Part shown: piece after piece, positions 43,358 to 51,995 of the stretch
How the letters are laid out: each line of letters opens with the position of its first letter
Numbering within the stretch: the first letter of the stretch is position 1
Source of the DNA: Acidiferrobacterales bacterium
GTDB lineage: Bacteria > Pseudomonadota > Gammaproteobacteria > Acidiferrobacterales > SPGG2
Length of the DNA stretch: 64,000 bases
Assembly: GCA_046759385.1 (NCBI GenBank)
Contig: JBHICC010000006.1
Location: forward strand, 10,721 to 74,720
Direction of reading: 5' to 3'
Notes under the pieces: generated by a model
Told to the model about the DNA's origin: nothing
The model's input: only the letters and a program-made list of their open reading frames with translations
Databases searched by the model: none
Program-made: the position numbers and the translations under genes

Positions 43358-45276
43358 TTTCTATGTGCTGAAACTGGCCGGTATAGCTGATAAAGCCATC
43401 CAACAGTCTTGGCGATCCGCGTCTGAACTTGGCCCAGAGTAACTGGCGGTGGAGGCGGCCCTCTCGCCCTAGGCTGAGCCCACTAGTCACGCCGCTAAAT
43501 CGTGCGGCATAGTTGGAGCGGATGCGGTTTAGATACGGAATAATCGCATAACTATCCACACCGAGGGCGAACAGTCTGTCGAGCTGAGTGTGTGCATAGG
43601 GCCAATCGCCCTGGAGGTTCTTGCGGATCTCCTCGAGCTTACCGTCCCTTACTAGCATCCATGGCATGTCGCCAAACATGATACCCTCGAGATCGCGGTC
43701 ACGAACACGGTCTATTTTCCCGCTAAAAATGTGCGACGTCGAGTACACGGGAATGTTCAAGCCGCGATGAAAGTTCAACTGCGGTTTAATCAAACGACCC
43801 GGCTTAGCGTCGGCGGCAAGAAATATGAAGTCGACATCCTCTCGTCGCCGGGACTGGAACTTCAGTCGCGTTCCTAACCTCGCCTCGAGCGTGCGCTTGC
43901 GGGCTTCACTCTGTGTGATATTCAATAGCTCTTTGATCGACCCTGAATGATCACTTTGATTCGGTTTATAGGGAACAGTGGTCAGCAAGATACCGCCCAG
44001 CTGCTGCCAATGGTTTGCAAATGCTTTAAGCATGCGCTTGCCCCACCCCGTGTCGGGGTACAGCACCGCAGCCTGTCGATGACCATCCAGATAGGCACGT
44101 TCGGCGACTTGTCGGGCCTCTTGCTCCGGGGGTAGGCCGAACTGAAACGCATAACCAGGCAACGGATTCTCGTTCACGCCGGTGTGGCCAAGCAGCAGTG
44201 TAGGAACGGTGAGATCGGTCTGCTGCACAACCTGCTCGACGGCATCTCGACCAAGCGGCCCTATGATCAGCTGCGCACCTTCAGCTGTCGCCTGCGTATA
44301 AAATTCAGCCGCACGCTTTGGATCATCCCCAATGTCATAAATCCGGATGCGCGGCTTATCGGGATCGGTGTTCGCTACATCCATCGCCAGAAAACCGTCT
44401 CGAACAGCCTCTGCTGCGATCGCATAGCTTGAACTTAGAGGTAGTAGTAGTGCGATGTTCTCGATCCTACCGATCAACCCCGGTTCGGCGCTGGCCAATT
44501 GTTCAAGCAAAGACTCCAAAGCAGGATGGCCTGGATGGGTAGTCTTCCAAACGGAAATTGACTTGGCGAGCAATCCCGCTCGCCCAGCGTTTTCGATAGC
44601 TTCAATCGCCAGCTCGATCCAACCCGCCAGAACGGGATGGGTACCGGGGCGCAGTTCATCCTTTAACGTGGCTCGGGGAAGGGAATTGAGGATCTCCCAG
44701 AGTTGCAACTGATTGTCGGTGATTGCTTCCTTGCCGACGATGTACTGTTCGCGCACAATTAGATTCTTTACGGCACCTATCGGGTCACCGAGACCGACTT
44801 CCGCATCCGCCCGGGCGCGATAGAGTGCTGCCAGCAGCGAAGGGTCAAGGTTTCGTGCACGTTGGACCTCATCCAGGAGTCGAATTGCTTCCTCCGGGGT
44901 GCCTACTTGCGATGCGATCTGTGCCTCAATAATTTGTTTTCGCGCGCGCAAGTTCGGATCGAGAGCGGCTATCTTTATTTCTTCGATTTTCTCGCGCGCC
45001 TCGTGGAGTTGTCCGGCTTTAACCAGGGTTTCCACCGCCTTCAACTGAAGGGTCTGTCTTTCCTCCAGCTCGGCGGTTTCGGCAACCTTCTCGTACTCCT
45101 CCGCTGCGCGCACATAATCGCCGGAACGTTCCGCCTGCTCCGCAGTCGGCACGGCTGGCTCAGCCGCGGGGCGCTCGGTGGTCTTGGTAGTGGTGACAGG
45201 AGCGCAGGATTGGAGTAGGACTAACGCGAAAGCCAACAGGATTAACGCCAAATCAGGCGTTCGAGGGTACAGTGTC

Positions 45277-46182
45277 ATGATCGAAGTTGTTCGCGATTCG
45301 CCCGCGAGAGTATCCAAAGCCAACGCGTCGGTGTCAAACCATTTGGGTGTCTTATACGTCGTGGCCACCCCCATTGGTAACCTCGACGACATCACGCAAC
45401 GTGCTGTGCGTGTATTAGCAGAAAGCGATTTGATTGCGGCTGAGGATACGCGCCACAGCAAAAAGCTTCTACAAAGGTTCAAGGTAACGACCCGGACGAT
45501 CGCATTTCACGAGCATAACGAAAGCAAAAAGATGCCTCAGCTGTTGCGGCTCTTGCACGCGGGTAAGTGTATCGCATTGGTGAGTGACGCGGGTACTCCG
45601 CTTGTCAGTGATCCAGGCTTCAAGCTGGTACGCGCTGCCCACGCCCAGGGAATAAGGGTCATACCTGTACCGGGTCCGTGCGCCGCCGTGGCAGCGCTGT
45701 CAGCGGCAGGATTACCCACGGACCGGTTTGTTTTCGAGGGGTTTCCACCCGCGCGAGCGGGAGCACGCACAGCTTTCTTTCAACAGCGGCAGTACGAAAC
45801 AGCGACCCTAGTTTATTACGAGGCACCGCACCGTCTGCGAGCCTCGCTTAATGCTATGGCGAGTATGTTCGGCTCCGCGCGCCCCGCCGCAATTGCGCGC
45901 GAGCTTACTAAAAAATTCGAGATTATCGTCAGTGCTAGCTTGCGCGATCTTTGCGAGAAGGTGGCCATCGACAGGGAGACATACTCCCGCGGCGAGTACG
46001 TCATATTAATCGAGGGGATCAGGGACAGCGCGACTGAGAAGTTCACCGTGGACAGCGAATACATTCTACGTATACTGCTGCACGAGCTGTCGACCAAACA
46101 GGCTGCGGCGCTCACTGCCGCAATCACAAAAGGTAAACGACGTGACCTCTACAGCTTGGCGCTACGGTTGCAACAGGACTAG
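45277..46182 (+). CDS. rsmI: 16S rRNA (cytidine1402-2'-O)-methyltransferase
   Basis: LYVVATPIGNLDDITQRA motif. Start is ATG 45277, which shares CATG with the lpoA start, or alternatively GTG 45331. Confidence 0.88.
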   Translation: MIEVVRDSPARVSKANASVSNHLGVLYVVATPIGNLDDITQRAVRVLAESDLIAAEDTRHSKKLLQRFKVTTRTIAFHEHNESKKMPQLLRLLHAGKCIALVSDAGTPLVSDPGFKLVRAAHAQGIRVIPVPGPCAAVAALSAAGLPTDRFVFEGFPPARAGARTAFFQQRQYETATLVYYEAPHRLRASLNAMASMFGSARPAAIARELTKKFEIIVSASLRDLCEKVAIDRETYSRGEYVILIEGIRDSATEKFTVDSEYILRILLHELSTKQAAALTAAITKGKRRDLYSLALRLQQD

Positions 46183-46255
46183 CTGCCCATGCGACCCGCT
46201 GCTTACCAGCTGGAACTGGTATACTATCTTACGGGAGTCGGCCAGACAGTCGCCC

Positions 46256-46347
46256 GTCACCTACCCTTGATGCGCTCCCAAAGTTCGTCGCTAAGCACCT
46301 ATCGATGCTTTGCCGAAGCCCAGTAGAACGTGTCAAGGGTAGGTGAC
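46256..46347 (+). repeat. 92-nt hairpin element occupying rnpB P3 (arms GTCACCTACCCTTGA / TCAAGGGTAGGTGAC)
   Basis: A perfect 15-bp terminal inverted repeat, extendable by CCC/GGG. Paralogous to the element at 46439-46531. Confidence 0.85.
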
Positions 46348-46438
46348 GGGAGGAAAGTCCGGGCTCCATAGGGCAGGGTGCCAGGTAACGCCTGGGGGGC
46401 GTGAGCCCACGGAAAGTGCCACAGAAAATATACCGCCG

Positions 46439-46531
46439 GTCACCTACCCCTGACACGCTCCGCGAGTTGATTATTGGGGCAGCGATCGATGCGTCAGTGT
46501 CAGCCGTTAGAGCGCCTCAAGGGTAGGTGAC
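46439..46531 (+). repeat. 93-nt hairpin element occupying rnpB P12 (arms GTCACCTACCCCTGA / TCAAGGGTAGGTGAC)
   Basis: Same arms as the P3 element apart from one C/T difference. Shared internal blocks are CGCTCC, AGTT, ATCGATGC and AGCC. Confidence 0.85.
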
Positions 46532-46883
46532 GGGTAAGGGTGAAAAGGTGCGGTAAGAGCGCACCGCACCGGTGGTAACACCGGTGGCAGGGTAAACCCC
46601 ACCCGGAGCAAGGCCAAATAGGGGAACTATGGCGTGGCCCGCGTCGTTCCCGGGTAGGCCGCTTGAGGCACGCGGCGACACGTGCCCTAGATGAATGGCT
46701 GTCCTCGACAGAACCCGGCTTATCGGCCGACTCTCACACCCTACCGAGCGGGCGACTTCACAAGCGCTTCGCTTCTATCCGCTTTAATCTCGCGGTTGTG
46801 TCAGTACCCGCTGACCACTCATCGCTATCCACTAAGCGTCTGTCTCAAAAAGAGAAAAAGAAGCGCACGGGGCACGATTTCGC

Positions 46884-46913
46884 TTGACAGTGCGGAAACA
46901 ACCTAACTATAGT
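46884..46913 (+). promoter_or_regulatory. sigma-70 promoter of the dcw cluster (Pmra): TTGACA-18 nt-TATAGT
   Basis: Consensus -35 TTGACA at 46884-46889 and -10 TATAGT at 46908-46913, about 60 nt upstream of the mraZ GTG. Confidence 0.6.
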
Positions 46914-46921
46914 GTCAAATA

Positions 46922-46947
46922 GTGGGAAATTGTGGATTTTTGTGGGA
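46922..46947 (+). promoter_or_regulatory. putative MraZ operator: GTGGGA-N4-GTGGA-N5-GTGGGA (10-bp period)
   Basis: Three direct repeats lie at 46922, 46932 and 46942, immediately downstream of the -10. This is the arrangement reported for E. coli MraZ boxes (TGGGN repeats with 5-nt spacers). Confidence 0.55.
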
Positions 46948-46970
46948 TTCTACACTAGGAGGCACCGACT

Positions 46971-47426
46971 GTGTTCCGCGGCCTCGCGGCGTTGAACCTG
47001 GACAGCAAAGGGCGAATGGCGATCCCGACGCGGTATCGCGAAACCTTGTTGCGCACATGCCAAGGCCAGATGGTGATCACCGTCGACCGGGATCACTGCT
47101 TATTGTTATACACCTTGCCGGACTGGGAGGAGATCGAGCGCAAACTGGTCAGGTTGCCAAGCTTTAACAAACAGGCGCGTCGCCTACAGCGACTCTTGAT
47201 CGGTCATGCCACTGAGTGCGAATTGGATGGCAATGGGCGTATCCTTCTGCCGCCCGCGCTTCGCGAATTCGCCGGCCTCAACAAGACCGTGGTTTTGATC
47301 GGGCAAGGAAACAAGTTTGAGGTCTGGGCTGAGGAGGCATGGAACACTCGGCGGGCTGATTGGCTTGGGGAGGCGGGCGATGAGGATGGGGAGCTGCCTG
47401 ACGAGCTCGGGTCGCTTTCACTGTAA
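46971..47426 (+). CDS. mraZ: transcriptional regulator MraZ
   Basis: 151 aa, GTG start 8 nt after AGGAGG (MFRG...LDSKGRMAIP, second SpoVT/AbrB-like repeat GRILLPP.LR). Confidence 0.93.
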   Translation: MFRGLAALNLDSKGRMAIPTRYRETLLRTCQGQMVITVDRDHCLLLYTLPDWEEIERKLVRLPSFNKQARRLQRLLIGHATECELDGNGRILLPPALREFAGLNKTVVLIGQGNKFEVWAEEAWNTRRADWLGEAGDEDGELPDELGSLSL

Positions 47427-47592
47427 CCCCCGTTTCTCGACGCAAGATTCGGGATACGGGAATGGTACCAGTCGCTCTCGTGCAAGCGGCGCTAGCCCGT
47501 CTTGGTATCGACCAGCGCGCGAGTGCATCGGAGGCCGAATTGCGGAAGCAGCTAATACGAACAATGATGCGAAATCGCGCGGCGTCAAGACT

Positions 47593-48543
47593 TTGAGCGA
47601 TGCGAGTGAGCGCGGGCACGTCGCGGTGTTGCTCGATGAGGTGTTGCTAGCGCTGAGGCTGCAATCCGACGGTATCTATATCGACGCAACATATGGGCGA
47701 GGCGGTCATGCCGCCGTAATCGTGCGCCGGCTCGGCGCCCACGGACATTTACTCGTCTTTGATCGCGATCCTGAAGCGGTAGCCGAGGCGAAGGCGCACT
47801 TCGGGAATGACGCGCGCGTTACGATCATCAACACACGCTTTTCAACGCTCGGCCAACATGTTGATGACCGTGCATTGGCGGGCCGAGTGAATGGGATCCT
47901 GTTCGATCTTGGAGTGTCCTCCCCGCAGCTCGAGAGTTCCGAGCGCGGTTTCAGTTTCCAGCGCGATAGCCCGCTCGATATGCGGATGGATTCCGGCTCA
48001 GGCGTAACTGCTGCCGAGTGGTTACGGCAAGCCAGTGAGCGTGAGATTACCTCGGTTCTGTCCGAGTTCGGTGAAGAGCGTTATGCCAAACGCATCGCGC
48101 GAGCAGTCGTTAACGCGCGCAGGCAGCGCCCTATCAGTCGGTCGGAACAACTTGCGCAACTCGTTGCCGGTGCGGTGCCAACGCGTGAGCCCGGCAAGCA
48201 TCCAGCAACTCGAACTTTCCTTGCGTTGCGTGTGTTTCTGAATCAGGAGTTGGAAGAGCTGGCCGGCGCATTGCCGCAAGCGCTGCGCGCGCTTGCCACC
48301 GGCGGGCGGCTTGCGGTGATCAGTTTTCATTCGCTGGAGGACCGGCTGGTGAAACGGTTCATGCGCGAACAAGCGGGGACTGCGACACTACCACCGAAGC
48401 TACCAGTGCCCGCGCAGCCCGGCGAGCCGGCACTGAAGCTCCTTCGAAAGATACGCCCGAGCGCTACTGAGATTAGACGTAATCCGCGCGCGCGGAGCGC
48501 GATCCTGCGAGTTGCGGAGCGAACCGGAGTTGATCGTGCATAG
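47593..48543 (+). CDS. rsmH: 16S rRNA (cytosine1402-N4)-methyltransferase
   Basis: HVAVLLDEVL..L......IYIDATYGRGGHA aligns with the E. coli RsmH N-terminus. TTG 47593 is the only in-frame start candidate after the mraZ stop. The ATGs at 47380/47386 would add a ~70-aa Arg/Ser-rich extension that overlaps mraZ. Confidence 0.85.
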   Translation: MSDASERGHVAVLLDEVLLALRLQSDGIYIDATYGRGGHAAVIVRRLGAHGHLLVFDRDPEAVAEAKAHFGNDARVTIINTRFSTLGQHVDDRALAGRVNGILFDLGVSSPQLESSERGFSFQRDSPLDMRMDSGSGVTAAEWLRQASEREITSVLSEFGEERYAKRIARAVVNARRQRPISRSEQLAQLVAGAVPTREPGKHPATRTFLALRVFLNQELEELAGALPQALRALATGGRLAVISFHSLEDRLVKRFMREQAGTATLPPKLPVPAQPGEPALKLLRKIRPSATEIRRNPRARSAILRVAERTGVDRA

Positions 48544-48808
48544 AGCGCTCGCAGTATCAGCTGTTGCCACTCTCTCGATCGCCATGTTGGTAGTGGCCTT
48601 GAGACACGAGGGCCGGCAGCTATTCACACAATTGCAAACTTTGCAGCAGCAGCGCGATGCATTGAACGTTGAGTGGGGCAAGTTACTACTCGAAGAAGGC
48701 GCATGGTCTGAGCATAGGCGCGTCGAAACACTCGCGGGCAAACGGCTAGGGATGGCGACCCCCGACCCGCACGCCATCGTTGTGGTCGATCAGCGTGAGA
48801 GGAAGTGA
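48512..48808 (+). CDS. ftsL: cell division protein FtsL
   Basis: About 90-98 aa with a single TM (LAVSAVATLSIAMLVVAL) and a coiled-coil region. Start is TTG 48512 or GTG 48536. Confidence 0.8.
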   Translation: MRSEPELIVHRALAVSAVATLSIAMLVVALRHEGRQLFTQLQTLQQQRDALNVEWGKLLLEEGAWSEHRRVETLAGKRLGMATPDPHAIVVVDQRERK

Positions 48809-50511
48809 TGCATCCAGTGAGACGTAGACGCTTTCGCATTCGTTACTGGATGGTGCTAGGCCTATTATTGAGCGCGCTTGGTTTACTGGGCATTCGCGCT
48901 ACCTATCTGCAGGTGGTGGCATCAGATTACTTGCAGCAGCAAGGTGACGCGCGCTACTTGCGTACCGTTATAGATAACGCTCATCGAGGGATGATCCTGG
49001 ATCGCAATGGTGACCCGCTTGCGATCAGCACGCCAGTTCAGTCGGTTTGGGCCAGTCCACAAGCCTTCATGCAGGCACGGAGACGCTGGTCCGTGCTCGC
49101 AATCGTGTTAGGGCTGGGAGTCCGTGATATTTCGCGACAAATCGCCAAGTACCGCGACCGCGAGTTCACGTATCTGAAACGACACGTGACACCCGAAGTC
49201 GCGACGCGTGTCGCAAGTCTCAATCTACCTGGGGTATTCCTGCAGCGCGAATACCGACGCTACTACCCCACGGGCGCTGTCAGTGGCCATGTTGTGGGCT
49301 TTACGGATATCGATGATCGGGGGCAGGAGGGGCTCGAGCTCGCGTACGACGACATCATGCGAGCACGGCCTGGCAAGAAACGTGTATTGAAAGATCTGTA
49401 TGGGAACGTGGTGGAGACCGTAGAGAGTGTCTCCTTAGCCGAGCCAGGTCGCGACCTGATCGTTAGCTTGGACCGCCGAATCCAGTACCTGGCCTACCGT
49501 GAGCTGAAGCGCGCAATGCAGCGCTATGGCGCGCGCGCGGGGACAGCGATCATGCTCGACGCTCACACCGGTGAAGTGCTAGCGATGGTCAATCAGCCAA
49601 TATTCAATCCGAACAACCGCACACGTCTGACAAGCGCACGGTTCCGCAACCGTGCTGCTACCGACGTATTTGAGCCCGGTTCTACGCTTAAGCCGTTCAC
49701 TATCGCGGCCGCACTGGAAACTGGTTTACTTACCCCCGATAGCCTGATCAATACAGCCCCTGGCCGGCTTCGCATTGGCGGCAAAACGATCCAGGACGCA
49801 CGCGACTATGGCTTGCTCAGCGTCGCCCAAGTGATCGAGAAATCGAGCAACGTGGGCGCAGCTAAGATCGCGCTCAGCATGGATAGCGAACGGCTGTGGC
49901 GGGTGTTAACGCGAGTGGGATTCGGTAAAACGACCGGCAGCGAACTGCCGGCGGAATCTGCTGGACTGGTGAATCCACCATCACAGTGGGTACCGATTGA
50001 TCAGGCTACGCTGTCCTTCGGCTACGGCATCTCGGTGACCGCGTTGCAGTTGGCACGCGCCTATGCGGTGCTCGCGAACGACGGTGTGCGGGTACCGATT
50101 ACATTGCTGCGACGTGACGGCCCACTGCGGGGCGAGCGGGTGATGTCGGCACGTACTGCGAGGCAGATTCGCGCGATGCTTGAGCTGGCAGTGAGCGAGG
50201 AAGGTACCGGTACGGCCGCCAGGCTCATGCACTATCGCGTAGCTGGTAAAACCGGAACGGTGCATAAGCTTGTCCCTGGAGGGTATGCCGAAGATCGCTA
50301 TGTCGCGTCGTTCGCGGGCATGGCGCCCGCCTCGAAGCCGCGTCTCGTAATGGTGGTAACGGTCGATGAACCGGGCGAACGCAGGCACTTCGGTGGCCAA
50401 ACCGCGGCGCCGGTCTTCAGTCGCGTAATGGCAGGCGCGTTGCGGCTGCTCAATATTTCGCCTGATACCCCAAAGCGCAATCTGAAACGAAAACAAAGGA
50501 TCTCCACATGA
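48805..50511 (+). CDS. ftsI: peptidoglycan D,D-transpeptidase FtsI (PBP3)
   Basis: 568 aa with an N-terminal TM, SxxK in GSTLKPF, and KTGT. Confidence 0.93.
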   Translation: MMHPVRRRRFRIRYWMVLGLLLSALGLLGIRATYLQVVASDYLQQQGDARYLRTVIDNAHRGMILDRNGDPLAISTPVQSVWASPQAFMQARRRWSVLAIVLGLGVRDISRQIAKYRDREFTYLKRHVTPEVATRVASLNLPGVFLQREYRRYYPTGAVSGHVVGFTDIDDRGQEGLELAYDDIMRARPGKKRVLKDLYGNVVETVESVSLAEPGRDLIVSLDRRIQYLAYRELKRAMQRYGARAGTAIMLDAHTGEVLAMVNQPIFNPNNRTRLTSARFRNRAATDVFEPGSTLKPFTIAAALETGLLTPDSLINTAPGRLRIGGKTIQDARDYGLLSVAQVIEKSSNVGAAKIALSMDSERLWRVLTRVGFGKTTGSELPAESAGLVNPPSQWVPIDQATLSFGYGISVTALQLARAYAVLANDGVRVPITLLRRDGPLRGERVMSARTARQIRAMLELAVSEEGTGTAARLMHYRVAGKTGTVHKLVPGGYAEDRYVASFAGMAPASKPRLVMVVTVDEPGERRHFGGQTAAPVFSRVMAGALRLLNISPDTPKRNLKRKQRIST

Positions 50512-51995
50512 TGGCCGCACAGACACAGCGCGCGAGGCGCTGGCGCTTAGACCAACTGCTTGCGGATATCGCGGATGTCGGCGGAGTATCTGATTGTGAG
50601 ATCAGTGGGCTTAGTCTGGACAGCCGACAAGTGGGCGCGGGCGACCTGTTTTTGGCTATCCCCGGTACGGCACTCGATGGCCGTCTGTTTATCCAGCAGG
50701 CGTTGGCGCGCGGTGCAGCCGCCGTGCTCTGCGAGCGCGGCGGAGATCCCGATCTTTCTAACTTGGCTGTACCGGTCGTACACGCCAATGACCTTCGTCG
50801 AAAGATTGGCTTGATCGCGGACCGCTTTTTTGGATCCCCGTCACAAAAGTTGGTTGTGATCGGTGTAACAGGTACGAATGGTAAGACAACCTGCGCGCAT
50901 CTGCTGGCGCAGGCGCTCGCGCAAGTCTCTAAGCCTTGCGCCCTGATCGGGACGTTAGGGAGCGGCTTCCCGGGCTCGTTGAACATGCTGCTGAATACGA
51001 CCCCTGATCCGATCGAAGTTCACAGGCTACTTGCCCACTTCCTGGCTGCAGGTGCCAGATACGTTTGCATGGAGGTTTCCTCGCATGCGTTAGACCAGGG
51101 GCGCATTGCAGGCGTTGCGTTTGATGTTGCGGTGTTCACCAATCTCTCGCGCGATCACCTGGACTATCACGGCAACATGCAGCGCTACGGCGGTGCTAAA
51201 GCTGAGCTCTTTGAGGTCGAAGGCCTGCGGTGTGCGGTGATCAATCAGGACGATCAGTTCGGTCGCGATTTACTGGCACAGCTGCGAGGCAAGCGCGACA
51301 CTTTGAGTTTCGGTGTAGAACAGGGAGATGTGCACGCAAAAGAGGTACGGTTAATGAAAGACGGGCTTGCATTGCGGGCGGCCACGCCAGAAGGCGAGAT
51401 CGAAATAACTTCACCACTGTTGGGGCGTTTCAATGCCGCGAACCTATTGACGGTGTTGGCAGCCTTGCTCGCCTGCGGAGTGAGTCTGGAAACTGCTCGT
51501 GCGGGCCTGAGCGGTATCCAACCCGTAGCAGGGCGCGTCGAACGCTTTGGCGGTCGTCGCGACCTTCCGCTCGTCGTAGTTGACTACGCACATACGCCTG
51601 ATGCATTGGGGCAGGCGCTGAGCGCCGTGCGCGAGTACACACCGGGGCAGCTCTACTGCGTGTTCGGTTGCGGTGGTGACCGCGATCGTGGCAAGCGGCC
51701 GCAGATGGGCCGAGTAGCAGAGGAGCTCGCCGATGTCGTGATCTTGACGGACGACAACCCACGTGGTGAGCCCGGAGACCGGATCGTCGCCGATATCGCA
51801 GCGGGAATGCGCACAAAACCACGCGTCGTGCGAGACCGTCCACGGGCCATACAAACCGCGATCGAGGAAGCGGGGCAAGATGGCGTCGTACTGGTGGCAG
51901 GAAAGGGGCATGAAGAATACCAATACGTGGGAGATCAATGTTTGCCGTACAGTGATCGCCGAACAGTGCAACGTGTTCTAGGGGAACCAGCGTGA
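50508..51995 (+). CDS. murE: UDP-N-acetylmuramoyl-L-alanyl-D-glutamate--2,6-diaminopimelate ligase
   Basis: 495 aa (GVTGTNGKTT, DNPR motif in TDDNPRGE). Confidence 0.93.
   Translation: MMAAQTQRARRWRLDQLLADIADVGGVSDCEISGLSLDSRQVGAGDLFLAIPGTALDGRLFIQQALARGAAAVLCERGGDPDLSNLAVPVVHANDLRRKIGLIADRFFGSPSQKLVVIGVTGTNGKTTCAHLLAQALAQVSKPCALIGTLGSGFPGSLNMLLNTTPDPIEVHRLLAHFLAAGARYVCMEVSSHALDQGRIAGVAFDVAVFTNLSRDHLDYHGNMQRYGGAKAELFEVEGLRCAVINQDDQFGRDLLAQLRGKRDTLSFGVEQGDVHAKEVRLMKDGLALRAATPEGEIEITSPLLGRFNAANLLTVLAALLACGVSLETARAGLSGIQPVAGRVERFGGRRDLPLVVVDYAHTPDALGQALSAVREYTPGQLYCVFGCGGDRDRGKRPQMGRVAEELADVVILTDDNPRGEPGDRIVADIAAGMRTKPRVVRDRPRAIQTAIEEAGQDGVVLVAGKGHEEYQYVGDQCLPYSDRRTVQRVLGEPA

Larger units (their letters stand above)
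46233..46739 (+). ncRNA. rnpB: RNase P RNA, bacterial type A, with expanded P3 and P12
   Basis: Near-identical to the E. coli M1 core blocks GGAAAGTCCGGGCTCCATAGGGCAGGGTGCCAGGTAACGCCTGGGG, GGTAAGGGTGAAAAGGTGCGGTAAGAGCGCACC, CCCGGAGCAAGGCCAAATAGGGG and CTAGATGAATGGCTGTCC.CGACAGAACCCGGCTTATCGG. P1 pairs GGGAGTCGGCC with GGCCGACTCTC. About 507 nt. Confidence 0.93.

Noticed and set aside
46229-46906. ORFs 46229-46456(-), 46663-46887(+) and 46691-46906(+).
   Set aside because: They overlap the RNase P RNA gene and its downstream spacer. The region is explained by rnpB, and the translations have no protein-like features.
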